From positions 1 to 49,368 of the IMG/VR virus record IMGVR_UViG_3300034220_000009: DNA of 49,368 nt; one strand, given 5' to 3'. Under the pieces are notes generated by a model. It was not told where the DNA came from. It ran no database searches and worked only from the letters and a program-made list of their open reading frames with translations. Below, in pieces: positions 24,027-31,516 of the stretch. Position 1 is the first letter of the stretch; each line of letters starts with the position of its first letter. Made by a program: the position numbers and the translations under genes. The stretch comes from a virus.

Positions 24027-24591
24027 TGTTCAGCCTTACGATTATCTGATTGATTGTAATAGTGTCACCGTTTTTGATAGCTTCGGCCAGTGTTTGTGCG
24101 GCGCGCGCGTCGGCGGCGGTAGGGGTAACGGAGCCAGAGGGAGCCACCGCGCCGGGGCCGTCCTTGGTCTGGTTGTGCATCTTCTCAGTGACTTGGAGTA
24201 CATCTTTGACTGACAACTCAAGCAAACCGGCTTTTTTCCGTTTGTAATCAGCAAGTGTCATGTCTCCGTTGCGATACTCTTCATCAATGGCTGACAACTC
24301 AAGCTCATCGCCTGCCGCCTGATCCAGTTTGCGGCTCAACAGTCGAAGTGACTTCGCTCTGATCCGCTCCGCTTCAGACGCTTCCGCCTGCACTACCGTT
24401 CTTTCGATCTCAGCAATGACTTCCGGATTGCGTTTGCGCAGCATGGACAGTGCGTTGTTACTGTACTCAACGCCGTAGTTGTCCAGCAGGAACTTCCTGA
24501 TCTGCTTATACTTCTCGCCTCGCACCATCATGGCAAGGACTTGGATTTTCATAGGGTCGGTGATCTTTGGAGAGGTGAGCGCCTGGGTCAT
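23995..24591 (-). CDS. Putative HTH DNA-binding protein (198 aa), either a regulator or a small-terminase-like protein
   Basis: Start MTQALTSP at 24591, chosen because a -10 lies 6 nt upstream. The N-terminus KIQVLAMMVRGEKYKQIRKFLLDNYGVEYSNNALSMLRKR is HTH-like, followed by a coiled-coil middle. Confidence 0.5.
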   Translation of the reverse strand: MTQALTSPKITDPMKIQVLAMMVRGEKYKQIRKFLLDNYGVEYSNNALSMLRKRNPEVIAEIERTVVQAEASEAERIRAKSLRLLSRKLDQAAGDELELSAIDEEYRNGDMTLADYKRKKAGLLELSVKDVLQVTEKMHNQTKDGPGAVAPSGSVTPTAADARAAQTLAEAIKNGDTITINQIIVRLNNGAPLDAVSV

Positions 24592-24597
24592 GTGCCT

Positions 24598-24606
24598 AGT
24601 ATACCA
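24598..24606 (-). promoter_or_regulatory. Extended -10 promoter (TGGTATACT) placed for a leaderless mRNA
   Basis: Minus strand: TCCGCAC, 15 nt, TATACT, aggcac, ATG. The 6-nt gap between -10 and ATG is identical in length to that at the Phd-like gene. Confidence 0.5.
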
Positions 24607-24607
24607 C

Positions 24608-24636
24608 TTGCTCTTTAAGTGCGGATAGCGTATAAT
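24608..24636 (+). promoter_or_regulatory. Rightward promoter of the replication operon
   Basis: TTGCTC (24608..24613), 17 nt, TATAAT (24631..24636). The spacer contains GTGCGGA, the reverse complement of TCCGCAC. Confidence 0.5.
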
Positions 24637-24643
24637 GCAGCTT

Positions 24644-24687
24644 AACTTCAAGGTGTCGCAACCCTGAAGTTACATTCACAAAACAAG
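24644..24687 (+). promoter_or_regulatory. Leader hairpin plus ACATT/AACAA box (sixth box copy)
   Basis: AACTTCAAGG (24644..24653) pairs 9/10 with CCCTGAAGTT (24662..24671). It is followed by TACATTCACAAAACAAG. The 12-mer TACATTCACAAA is identical to cassette 1. Confidence 0.6.
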
Positions 24688-24735
24688 GGGTAATTTAAAA
24701 GCCGGCTATCCGAAGATGCCGGCCAAGGTGTCGCA
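24649..24735 (+). repeat. 12-bp direct repeat CAAGGTGTCGCA (two copies)
   Basis: Copies at 24649..24660 and 24724..24735, in the 5' leader of the replication operon. Confidence 0.85.
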
Positions 24736-24852
24736 CATATAGTGTAGCACACCGCCCTCGTAACACAAGATAGAGGGGGTAGCCTGAAAAAGAACAGTAA
24801 CGCGGAGGAAGCGCCACGGTACATACCGGACGCCTTCATCATTCCGTCGGCG

Positions 24853-25539
24853 GTGATGCTGGACGCTGAACTACAGCCGTTGGACTCGCGCGTGTACGGT
24901 ATCGTGCGGTGGCTGGAAACATTGAGCGCGGGAACGTGTACCGCGACCAACGCCACAATCGGCAAGTACGTCCACTCCAGCCCGAGCGGCGTCGGAAATT
25001 CACTTGTTAGACTACGAAACAGAGGATACGTCCACTGCCAATACGACGAACAGGGGTGGCGTACCGGCATTAACACCTTGATCCGCATGACCAAGACCCC
25101 TTACTCAAATGAGGAAGGGGGGGTTACTCAAATGAGTAATATAAAAGAGAACAATACTAAAGAGAATATATTGTCGATTTCGGACGATGAACTCACACTC
25201 GTCAACCGGCTCTACACTGGCTTCCTCATCGAATTCTATACCGACCGATCCCACTACTACGACGTGGCTGGTAAAGAAGAGCGTGACGCGATGGTGGCCG
25301 ACGCCACGAAGAAGTACCGCCTGACCGACAAACGTCGCGACCTGCTACTCCGTCGAATTAGGGACAAGGAAATCGGTTTTACGATGTGCCGGCAGGCGAT
25401 CAAGGGCTACGGATCGAGCGAGTTCCACCGTGGCGAGAACAACCGTAACTGGAAGGCTGATTTAGAGTTCATCTTTCGCAACTTCGAGAATATCGAAAAG
25501 GGTGCGAACAAATTTAAAGAAGGAGACGGTGATGGATAA
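24853..25539 (+). CDS. Winged-helix replication-initiator-like protein (228 aa or longer)
   Basis: LDSRVYGIVRWLETLSAGTCTATNATIGKYVHSSPSGVGNSLVRLRNRGYV is wHTH-like. The C-terminal GENNRNWKADLEFIFRNFENIEKG resembles phage DnaD/replication-protein C-termini. The frame is open from 24748, with an in-frame CTG at 24784 behind GAGGGGG. Confidence 0.55.
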   Translation: MMLDAELQPLDSRVYGIVRWLETLSAGTCTATNATIGKYVHSSPSGVGNSLVRLRNRGYVHCQYDEQGWRTGINTLIRMTKTPYSNEEGGVTQMSNIKENNTKENILSISDDELTLVNRLYTGFLIEFYTDRSHYYDVAGKEERDAMVADATKKYRLTDKRRDLLLRRIRDKEIGFTMCRQAIKGYGSSEFHRGENNRNWKADLEFIFRNFENIEKGANKFKEGDGDG

Positions 25540-25942
25540 GATCATCATACCGACAGTCCCAAAGATCGATGCACATTACGACCGCATAACCGGCGCTTAC
25601 CACGTCGAGTTTCCGGAAGGTGGCAAAGGTGACGTCTCTGACGGCTACCACACCTTCGATGATCTGTACCGCCACCGCTACGCGCTGTTCGTGGCACTGG
25701 CCGTCAGCTACCCGAACTTGTCGTGGTGTTCGCTGCTTCACGACGATGGTACGATGTTCGAGGACAGCTTCATCGTAGGCATGGACTTGCCAACCGGCAT
25801 GATCAGCTACCATCTTCCGATGCGCGAATATGAATGGGTTTCTAAGAAAATCAAAGTCATTGGCAACGCCCCGAAGTGGGACGGTCATACGCCAGAAGAC
25901 GTAATTGACCGCTTGAAGCGGTTTGTAACGGAGTATCAATGA
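25532..25942 (+). CDS. Conserved phage protein with WDGH motif (136 aa)
   Basis: GAAGGAGA RBS. The sequence contains APKWDGHTPEDVIDRL. Family assignment is from memory only. Confidence 0.5.
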   Translation: MDKIIIPTVPKIDAHYDRITGAYHVEFPEGGKGDVSDGYHTFDDLYRHRYALFVALAVSYPNLSWCSLLHDDGTMFEDSFIVGMDLPTGMISYHLPMREYEWVSKKIKVIGNAPKWDGHTPEDVIDRLKRFVTEYQ

Positions 25943-26370
25943 GTCATTTCAACACCCAGATGCAAGAAGAGGCAGAAGGCGCATGGCTGCCGGCCATACC
26001 GCTGCCATTGTTCGTCGAGGGCTGGTTCACCCGCTCTGTCGAATGTAGCGCCTGCGGCATGGGCTGCGGATCAGAAGAGAAGTACCGCTACCACTACCGG
26101 ACGGAACAGCTAAAGGAGGCGATGACCAGTCATGCCAGAACCGTCGAAATCAAAGACACCACCCTCGCTGTACTACATGAGGCGCTTGCGCTGGCTTCGG
26201 AAGATATAACGCGCGGCTGCCAACCCAACGTCGAACGTGAACCGGGCGAGCTGAAGGACTTCTACGTGATCCAAGCCCGACAGATGTCCCAGCAGCGCAA
26301 GCTGGCCCGACGTATGAACATCGATCCGGCACGAGTCGATGAACTCGCCCAAAACCTAAAAGATAGGTAG
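25939..26370 (+). CDS. Hypothetical protein (143 aa)
   Basis: ATGA overlap with the upstream gene. Contains CSACGMGC. Confidence 0.6.
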   Translation: MSHFNTQMQEEAEGAWLPAIPLPLFVEGWFTRSVECSACGMGCGSEEKYRYHYRTEQLKEAMTSHARTVEIKDTTLAVLHEALALASEDITRGCQPNVEREPGELKDFYVIQARQMSQQRKLARRMNIDPARVDELAQNLKDR

Positions 26371-26373
26371 CCC

Positions 26374-26601
26374 ATGCTTGATGAAGTCAGAGACGAAGAG
26401 CGGAAGCGTCTGTTCGATGAGCTGATGAAACAGTGGCCGAAGCGATACGACACCGGCCGGTTGAGCGAGACACCGGACGACGACCTGTTCTACCGGCTGA
26501 TCGGCCAGAACGACGCGCGCCGGTCGATCCGGCAACTTGTCGAAGAAGTCTTCGGACTATCGCATATTGATTGGGAGAAGAACCGGAGAAAAAGCAAATG
26601 A
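26374..26601 (+). CDS. Hypothetical protein (75 aa)
   Basis: Tightly packed ORF in the operon. Confidence 0.6.
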   Translation: MLDEVRDEERKRLFDELMKQWPKRYDTGRLSETPDDDLFYRLIGQNDARRSIRQLVEEVFGLSHIDWEKNRRKSK

Positions 26602-26711
26602 TCTGCGATATAAACGGCATCTGCGACTACTGCGGCGTGGTACACGACTGTACCGGCTGCCCGTACGATGTCATTAAGCCGCCTGTGCGGGATGAGGATA
26701 TGCCAGAATGA
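26598..26711 (+). CDS. Cys-rich mini-protein (37 aa)
   Basis: MICDINGICDYCGVVHDCTGCPYDVIKPPVRDEDMPE. ATGA overlaps at both ends. Five Cys, including CxxC twice. Confidence 0.45.
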   Translation: MICDINGICDYCGVVHDCTGCPYDVIKPPVRDEDMPE

Positions 26712-26974
26712 GCAACTCTACGATGGACGATACGAAATTCACGATAACAGCGGCGACGCCTAGGCATATTGCCGATTCTTCCGGTGGAGACGCCGTGGGC
26801 TTCCAGCAGAACAAGCAAGCGTACTCGCTTGGCATGAACATCGCGAAGAAAAAAGGATGGAAGATCAAGGAACGGGACGGAATTATCGTCAGCACCTTGG
26901 AGATATACGTCTTTACCCGTGACGAGCTGAAGGAGTTCCTAAAGGATCGGAGCCACTGCACTCATGAAGTATGA
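26708..26974 (+). CDS. Hypothetical protein (88 aa)
   Basis: ORF overlapping both neighbours by a few nt. Confidence 0.6.
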   Translation: MSNSTMDDTKFTITAATPRHIADSSGGDAVGFQQNKQAYSLGMNIAKKKGWKIKERDGIIVSTLEIYVFTRDELKEFLKDRSHCTHEV

Positions 26975-27941
26975 CGTCATCATCATCGGAAGTGGCCCAG
27001 CCGGACTGTCAGCTGCCGTCAACGCGGCCAGCGAGGGGCTACACACGCTTGTTCTGGAAGCCAATGAGCAGCTTGGAGGACAGGCGGGGAGTTCTACGCT
27101 GATCGAGAACTACGCGGGCTTCCGTGACGGCGTGACGGGCGAAGACCTTGCCGCCGCCATGATCGACCAAGCGACGAAGTTCCGTACGCAACTCATCGCT
27201 CCGAGCCGCGCCTGCAAGATTCAGCACGAAGCCGGTGGGTACGTCATCACGGACGACATGGATGAGCAGTACCACGCCAGATCAGTCGTCCTAGCCAACG
27301 GCGTACAATACCGCCGGCTGCACGCGGACGGTATGAGCCGCTACCTTGGCCGTGGCGTCAGCTACGGATCTCCGACGCTGGCTGCCGACTTCTGCAACAA
27401 GAGCGTGTACGTCATCGGCGGGGCCAACTCTGCCGGTCAAGCGGCGATGCACCTGTCGAAGTGTACCGGCTGCACCGTGCATCTGGTAGTGCGTGGCAAG
27501 GCTATCGAGGACAAGATGAGCAAATACCTTGTCGACCGGATCAAAGCCTGTCCCAACATATACGTCCATACCGACAGCGAGGTTGTCAGTGTCAGTGGTA
27601 GTGATCGGTTGACCGGCATCGAAGTCCGTACCGACGGTGATACTTGGCGCGGCGGCGTGGACAGCCTGTTCGTCCTGATCGGCGCTGTACCGCGTACGAG
27701 CTGGCTGCACGCTGACATCAAGCTGGACGACCACGGCTTCATCAGCACCGGTGACGACGTGCGTATCCAAGGTACGGACGTATTCGGCCGACGACCTCAC
27801 CCGCACGAGACGACACTACCCGGTATCTTTGCCGCCGGCGACATACGCGGAGGGTCAATCAAGCGCTGCGCCGCTGCCGTCGGTGAGGGCGCGAGCGTGA
27901 TACACGAAGTTCATCAATACCTTGCGGAGAGCCAGAAGTGA
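26964..27941 (+). CDS. Thioredoxin-reductase-like FAD/NAD(P)-binding flavoprotein lacking the CxxC redox centre (325 aa)
   Basis: FAD motif IIIGSGPAGLSAA, NAD(P) motif VIGGANSAGQAAMHL and C-terminal GIFAAGD. Where TrxB has G-V-S-x-C-A-T-C-D-G, this protein reads GRGVSYGSPTLAADF. Confidence 0.8.
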   Translation: MKYDVIIIGSGPAGLSAAVNAASEGLHTLVLEANEQLGGQAGSSTLIENYAGFRDGVTGEDLAAAMIDQATKFRTQLIAPSRACKIQHEAGGYVITDDMDEQYHARSVVLANGVQYRRLHADGMSRYLGRGVSYGSPTLAADFCNKSVYVIGGANSAGQAAMHLSKCTGCTVHLVVRGKAIEDKMSKYLVDRIKACPNIYVHTDSEVVSVSGSDRLTGIEVRTDGDTWRGGVDSLFVLIGAVPRTSWLHADIKLDDHGFISTGDDVRIQGTDVFGRRPHPHETTLPGIFAAGDIRGGSIKRCAAAVGEGASVIHEVHQYLAESQK

Positions 27942-28147
27942 GACACTTCCAATACTACGGAGTCAGGCACGGTCTGCCGACGTGGAGCTGGTTCCTTCTG
28001 CTTTGGCGCAAATTCCAGTGCCGTCGGGGCTGTCACCTGTTAGACGAGATACGAGATATGCGAGCATGGTTCATGGTATGTGATGCCTGCGGGCTGGAAG
28101 TGCATATCATGACCGTCGACGATCGTTATGTTAAGGAGGAAATGTAA
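27938..28147 (+). CDS. Small Cys-containing protein (69 aa), possible zinc ribbon
   Basis: CRRGC...CDAC. ATGA/TAATG-type packing with its neighbours. Confidence 0.5.
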   Translation: MRHFQYYGVRHGLPTWSWFLLLWRKFQCRRGCHLLDEIRDMRAWFMVCDACGLEVHIMTVDDRYVKEEM

Positions 28148-28743
28148 TGCAACCCTATCCGTTAAGGTGGCCGGCCGGCTGGTCGCGCACCCAAAATCCG
28201 AAATCATCAAAGTTCTTAGCGCCCACTATCTCCAGCGCCACCAAAGCCATCTACCGCGAGCTGCGACTGATGAAGGCAACAGGTGCGGTCATCACGAGCA
28301 ACATGACGTTGACCAAAAACGGCACGCCACACGGCCGTCAGCCGAACATCGAAGATACCGGCGTGGCCGTCTACTTCACCCTCAAGGGCAAGCCGCGCGT
28401 CATGCCGCTGGACACGTTCATCCGCATCGAGGACAACCTGCACGCTGCGGCAAAGTCACTCGGCGCAATCCGAGATATGGAGCGCTGGGGCGCGGCACAC
28501 ATGGAAGCCGCCATGCAGGGATATACCGCTCTACCAGAGACAGCTTCCTCCGCGAACATCGCCTCAAGTTGGGTCGAGATCATGGGTCTACAGGATATGC
28601 CATCGTTTACCCTAAACGATCTGCGCGACGCCTACAAGCGCTTGGCAAACAAATACCACCCGGATCGGCCGGGCGGTGACGCTATCAAATTTAATGAAAT
28701 GATACAGGCATACCAAGAAGGTCTGAAGTTCCTCCGAGGATAG
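28147..28743 (+). CDS. J-domain (DnaJ-like co-chaperone) protein (198 aa)
   Basis: The C-terminal LNDLRDAYKRLANKYHPDRPGGDAIKFNEMIQAYQEG carries the HPD signature. The N-terminal 140 aa are of unknown function. Confidence 0.8.
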   Translation: MQPYPLRWPAGWSRTQNPKSSKFLAPTISSATKAIYRELRLMKATGAVITSNMTLTKNGTPHGRQPNIEDTGVAVYFTLKGKPRVMPLDTFIRIEDNLHAAAKSLGAIRDMERWGAAHMEAAMQGYTALPETASSANIASSWVEIMGLQDMPSFTLNDLRDAYKRLANKYHPDRPGGDAIKFNEMIQAYQEGLKFLRG

Positions 28744-28747
28744 GTTT

Positions 28748-28975
28748 ATGGAAAGAAAATACTACTGGGCGCACGTCATAGACAACACCAAAGTCTACGG
28801 ACTCGACCCACAGATACCGAAGAACGAGCCTATGAAGTACCTAGTGCCTGAAGAGTATATCGAGGAATGGCGCAAGGACCCCAACATCCGGATAGAAGAA
28901 GCAGACTTTAACGATGAAGCCGTGATCGACGCTGAAGAGCGTGCGGATTACGAGGAAGAGCATGGTGACATATGA
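28748..28975 (+). CDS. Hypothetical acidic protein (75 aa)
   Basis: ORF in the operon with an ATGA overlap downstream. Confidence 0.6.
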   Translation: MERKYYWAHVIDNTKVYGLDPQIPKNEPMKYLVPEEYIEEWRKDPNIRIEEADFNDEAVIDAEERADYEEEHGDI

Positions 28976-29409
28976 ATGGTAACAAAATAGTAATCTGTGA
29001 TATCGACGGTACGATTGCCGATCTGACGCACCGGCTGCACTACATACAGGGCGAGACAAAGGACTGGGACAGCTTTTTTGCAGCCTGCGGAGATGACACG
29101 CCGCATGAAGATGTGATCGACCTTGTACGGCTCATACCGCACGATATGCCTATCTACTTGTTCAGCGGACGATCTGACACAACACGGGCCGCTACGGAAG
29201 CGTGGCTGGAACAGAATAACGTCCCCTATGATCAACTGCGTATGCGCAAGGCCGGTGACTATCGCCCCGACTACGAAGTTAAGGCCGACATGCTCCGAGG
29301 GCTGACGCCGGACGACGTGTGGTTTATTCTCGACGACCGTGACCAAGTAGTGAACATGTGGCGCGACAAAGGGTTCCGCGTACTCCAAGTGGCTGACGGT
29401 AAATTCTAG
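28972..29409 (+). CDS. HAD-superfamily phosphatase (polynucleotide 3'-phosphatase/nucleotidase-like, 145 aa)
   Basis: Motif I IVICDIDGTIAD and motif II LFSGR, with a later DDRDQVV. Confidence 0.7.
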   Translation: MNGNKIVICDIDGTIADLTHRLHYIQGETKDWDSFFAACGDDTPHEDVIDLVRLIPHDMPIYLFSGRSDTTRAATEAWLEQNNVPYDQLRMRKAGDYRPDYEVKADMLRGLTPDDVWFILDDRDQVVNMWRDKGFRVLQVADGKF

Positions 29410-29411
29410 TC

Positions 29412-30650
29412 ATGAGCTACACGCTACGACCCTACCAGCTGGGAGCCGTGAACACTGCCGTCAGCCGTCTTCGGGGACGCGTCGACAAGCCGTTCATCAT
29501 CCAAGCCGCCACCGGCGCGGGCAAGTCGCTGATCATCGCGGATATCTGCCGGCAAATGGACGAGCCAACGCTTATCCTTCAGCCGAGCAAAGAACTTGTG
29601 GAACAGAACTATGCCAAGCTGAAGAGTTATGGAAGCGATCTTGACATCGGAATCTATAGCGCCAGTCTGAACAGCAGGGAGATACGCAAGTACACCTACG
29701 CTACGATCAACAGCATCTACCGCAAGCCAGAGCTGTTCCAACAGTTCAAGAACGTCATCATCGACGAATGTCATCAGGTCAATCCGAAGAACCTTGGCGG
29801 CATGTACACGAAGTTCCTGAAGGACATCGGTACGCTGAACGTCTGTGGTCTGACGGCCACTCCGTACCGGATGCAGGAGAAATTCTTTGAAGAGAATGGC
29901 GAACGGTTCTACACAAGCCATCTGAAAATGATCAACCGGATCCACCCATTCTTCTTCAAGGAAGTGGCGTACAAGATCGAGACGCAAGAGCTGATCGACC
30001 AAGGCTATCTCGCTCCGGTCAGATACTACCGGAAGCATGTTGACTGGTCACAGCTTGAGGTCAACAAGACCGGTTCCAACTTCACGGAAGAAAGCGTCGA
30101 GCGGTTTTGGAATGACCAACGCATGAAGGATCTGTATTACGCCATGCAGCTCATCGACAAACATTGTAAGCGCAATCTGATCTTCGCATCCTCTATGAAG
30201 CAGGCAGATAACATCCTTGATATGCTGAAGGGTATGAACATGTCAGCAGGCATCGTCACTGCGAAGACCCCCGTGAAGGATCGGGAGCTTATCGTCGACG
30301 CCTATCGCCGTGGTGACTTCAAGCACATGGTCAACGTCGGCGTATTTACCACCGGCTTCGACGTTCCGGAATTGGATAGCGTCTGTCTCGCACGGCCAAC
30401 TATGTCGCTCGCACTCTACTACCAGATGGTCGGCCGGGGCGTCCGCATCGATCCTAACAATCCCGGCAAGAAGCTGCACGTCTTCGACTTCGCCGGCAAC
30501 GTCGACAAGCTCGGACGTGTCGAGACTATCCGTATCGAGAAGGAAGATGACGGTTTCCGTGACAAGGTGATGAGCGAAATCGGCCGCATGGACGAAACGC
30601 CCCTCTTCAAATTCGTAGTCAAAAACGGTAAATATGGAGGTAAGAAGTGA
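29412..30650 (+). CDS. Superfamily-2 DEAD/DEAH-type DNA helicase (412 aa)
   Basis: Walker A AATGAGKS, motif II IIDECHQ, motif III GLTATP and motif VI QMVGRGVR. Confidence 0.85.
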   Translation: MSYTLRPYQLGAVNTAVSRLRGRVDKPFIIQAATGAGKSLIIADICRQMDEPTLILQPSKELVEQNYAKLKSYGSDLDIGIYSASLNSREIRKYTYATINSIYRKPELFQQFKNVIIDECHQVNPKNLGGMYTKFLKDIGTLNVCGLTATPYRMQEKFFEENGERFYTSHLKMINRIHPFFFKEVAYKIETQELIDQGYLAPVRYYRKHVDWSQLEVNKTGSNFTEESVERFWNDQRMKDLYYAMQLIDKHCKRNLIFASSMKQADNILDMLKGMNMSAGIVTAKTPVKDRELIVDAYRRGDFKHMVNVGVFTTGFDVPELDSVCLARPTMSLALYYQMVGRGVRIDPNNPGKKLHVFDFAGNVDKLGRVETIRIEKEDDGFRDKVMSEIGRMDETPLFKFVVKNGKYGGKK

Positions 30651-30835
30651 GCGGTATCGATACATCGGTAGAATATTGGGTAAGCTACGGGAACACCACG
30701 ATCCAAAAGAAAGTCTTCTTCGATTCAACATCCGAAGAGAACGTACGGACAGCGATGGATGCTATCAGCAAAGGCATGAAAGACAATCTGACAGTGGCTC
30801 GCGAAGTGGAAGGGAAGCACTGTGGCGAAAAATAA
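30647..30835 (+). CDS. Hypothetical protein (62 aa)
   Basis: GTGA overlap with the helicase stop. Confidence 0.5.
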   Translation: MSGIDTSVEYWVSYGNTTIQKKVFFDSTSEENVRTAMDAISKGMKDNLTVAREVEGKHCGEK

Positions 30836-31070
30836 TCAGTCGAACCTCTGCGTGTTTGATGGGACGATCCTCGCGTACGCGCTGCGGTACACCCTTCCGC
30901 GCCGCACAAGCGCCGCCGTCGACGTACGGGCTGCTATCAAAATGAACATACTGAACATCGACAAGCCCGTTGCCCGGCGTATGCTAGACGATATGAGTGA
31001 AGTAGAGGATCTTGATTCCGGTTGGGGTGAGATCCAAGAAATCTTACGTCAAAGGATCAAGGGCCGATGA
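30822..31070 (+). CDS. Hypothetical protein (82 aa)
   Basis: GTG start behind GGAAGGGAAG. Confidence 0.5.
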   Translation: MAKNNQSNLCVFDGTILAYALRYTLPRRTSAAVDVRAAIKMNILNIDKPVARRMLDDMSEVEDLDSGWGEIQEILRQRIKGR

Positions 31071-31516
31071 GTCGACCAATATCCTATACGATTAACAGCG
31101 ACGCGTCGGTTGACGCCAAAACCCTGACGGCCGCCTACGCGTACTACATCCGGGGTGAAGACCTCTTCCGACGCGCCAGTGGGATTCTGGCGCTGAAGAC
31201 CAAGCACACCGGCGTCGCTGAACTACTGGCGATACGGCTGGCTATCACGCGCGTTATGGAATTTGACCACGATCCGCACGACGTCACGCTGCACATCAAC
31301 ACGGACAGCATGTGGGCTATCAACGCGTTACTGGGCGGCAAGGTCAAGGCTACGGAGTGGGCGCTGGTCAAGGCCGTACAGCACATGTTGAAGGGGTACG
31401 AGCTGATCCCACGCCACGTCAAAGCTCACAAACACACCAACGACGCCCGGCATTGGGTGAACGACTGGTGCGATAATGCGGCCAAGACAGCGCTGCGAGC
31501 GGAGCTAACTACATGA
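31067..31516 (+). CDS. rnh: RNase H (type 1-like, 149 aa)
   Basis: DEDD-type landmarks: INSDAS, GVAELLAIRLA, INTDSMWAI and HxxNDWCDNAAKTAL. Confidence 0.7.
   Translation: MSRPISYTINSDASVDAKTLTAAYAYYIRGEDLFRRASGILALKTKHTGVAELLAIRLAITRVMEFDHDPHDVTLHINTDSMWAINALLGGKVKATEWALVKAVQHMLKGYELIPRHVKAHKHTNDARHWVNDWCDNAAKTALRAELTT

Noticed and set aside
28128-28679. A 183-aa ORF in an alternative frame over the J-domain gene.
   Set aside because: Its Arg/His/Gly-rich composition has no motifs. The other frame encodes a clean J domain with HPD.
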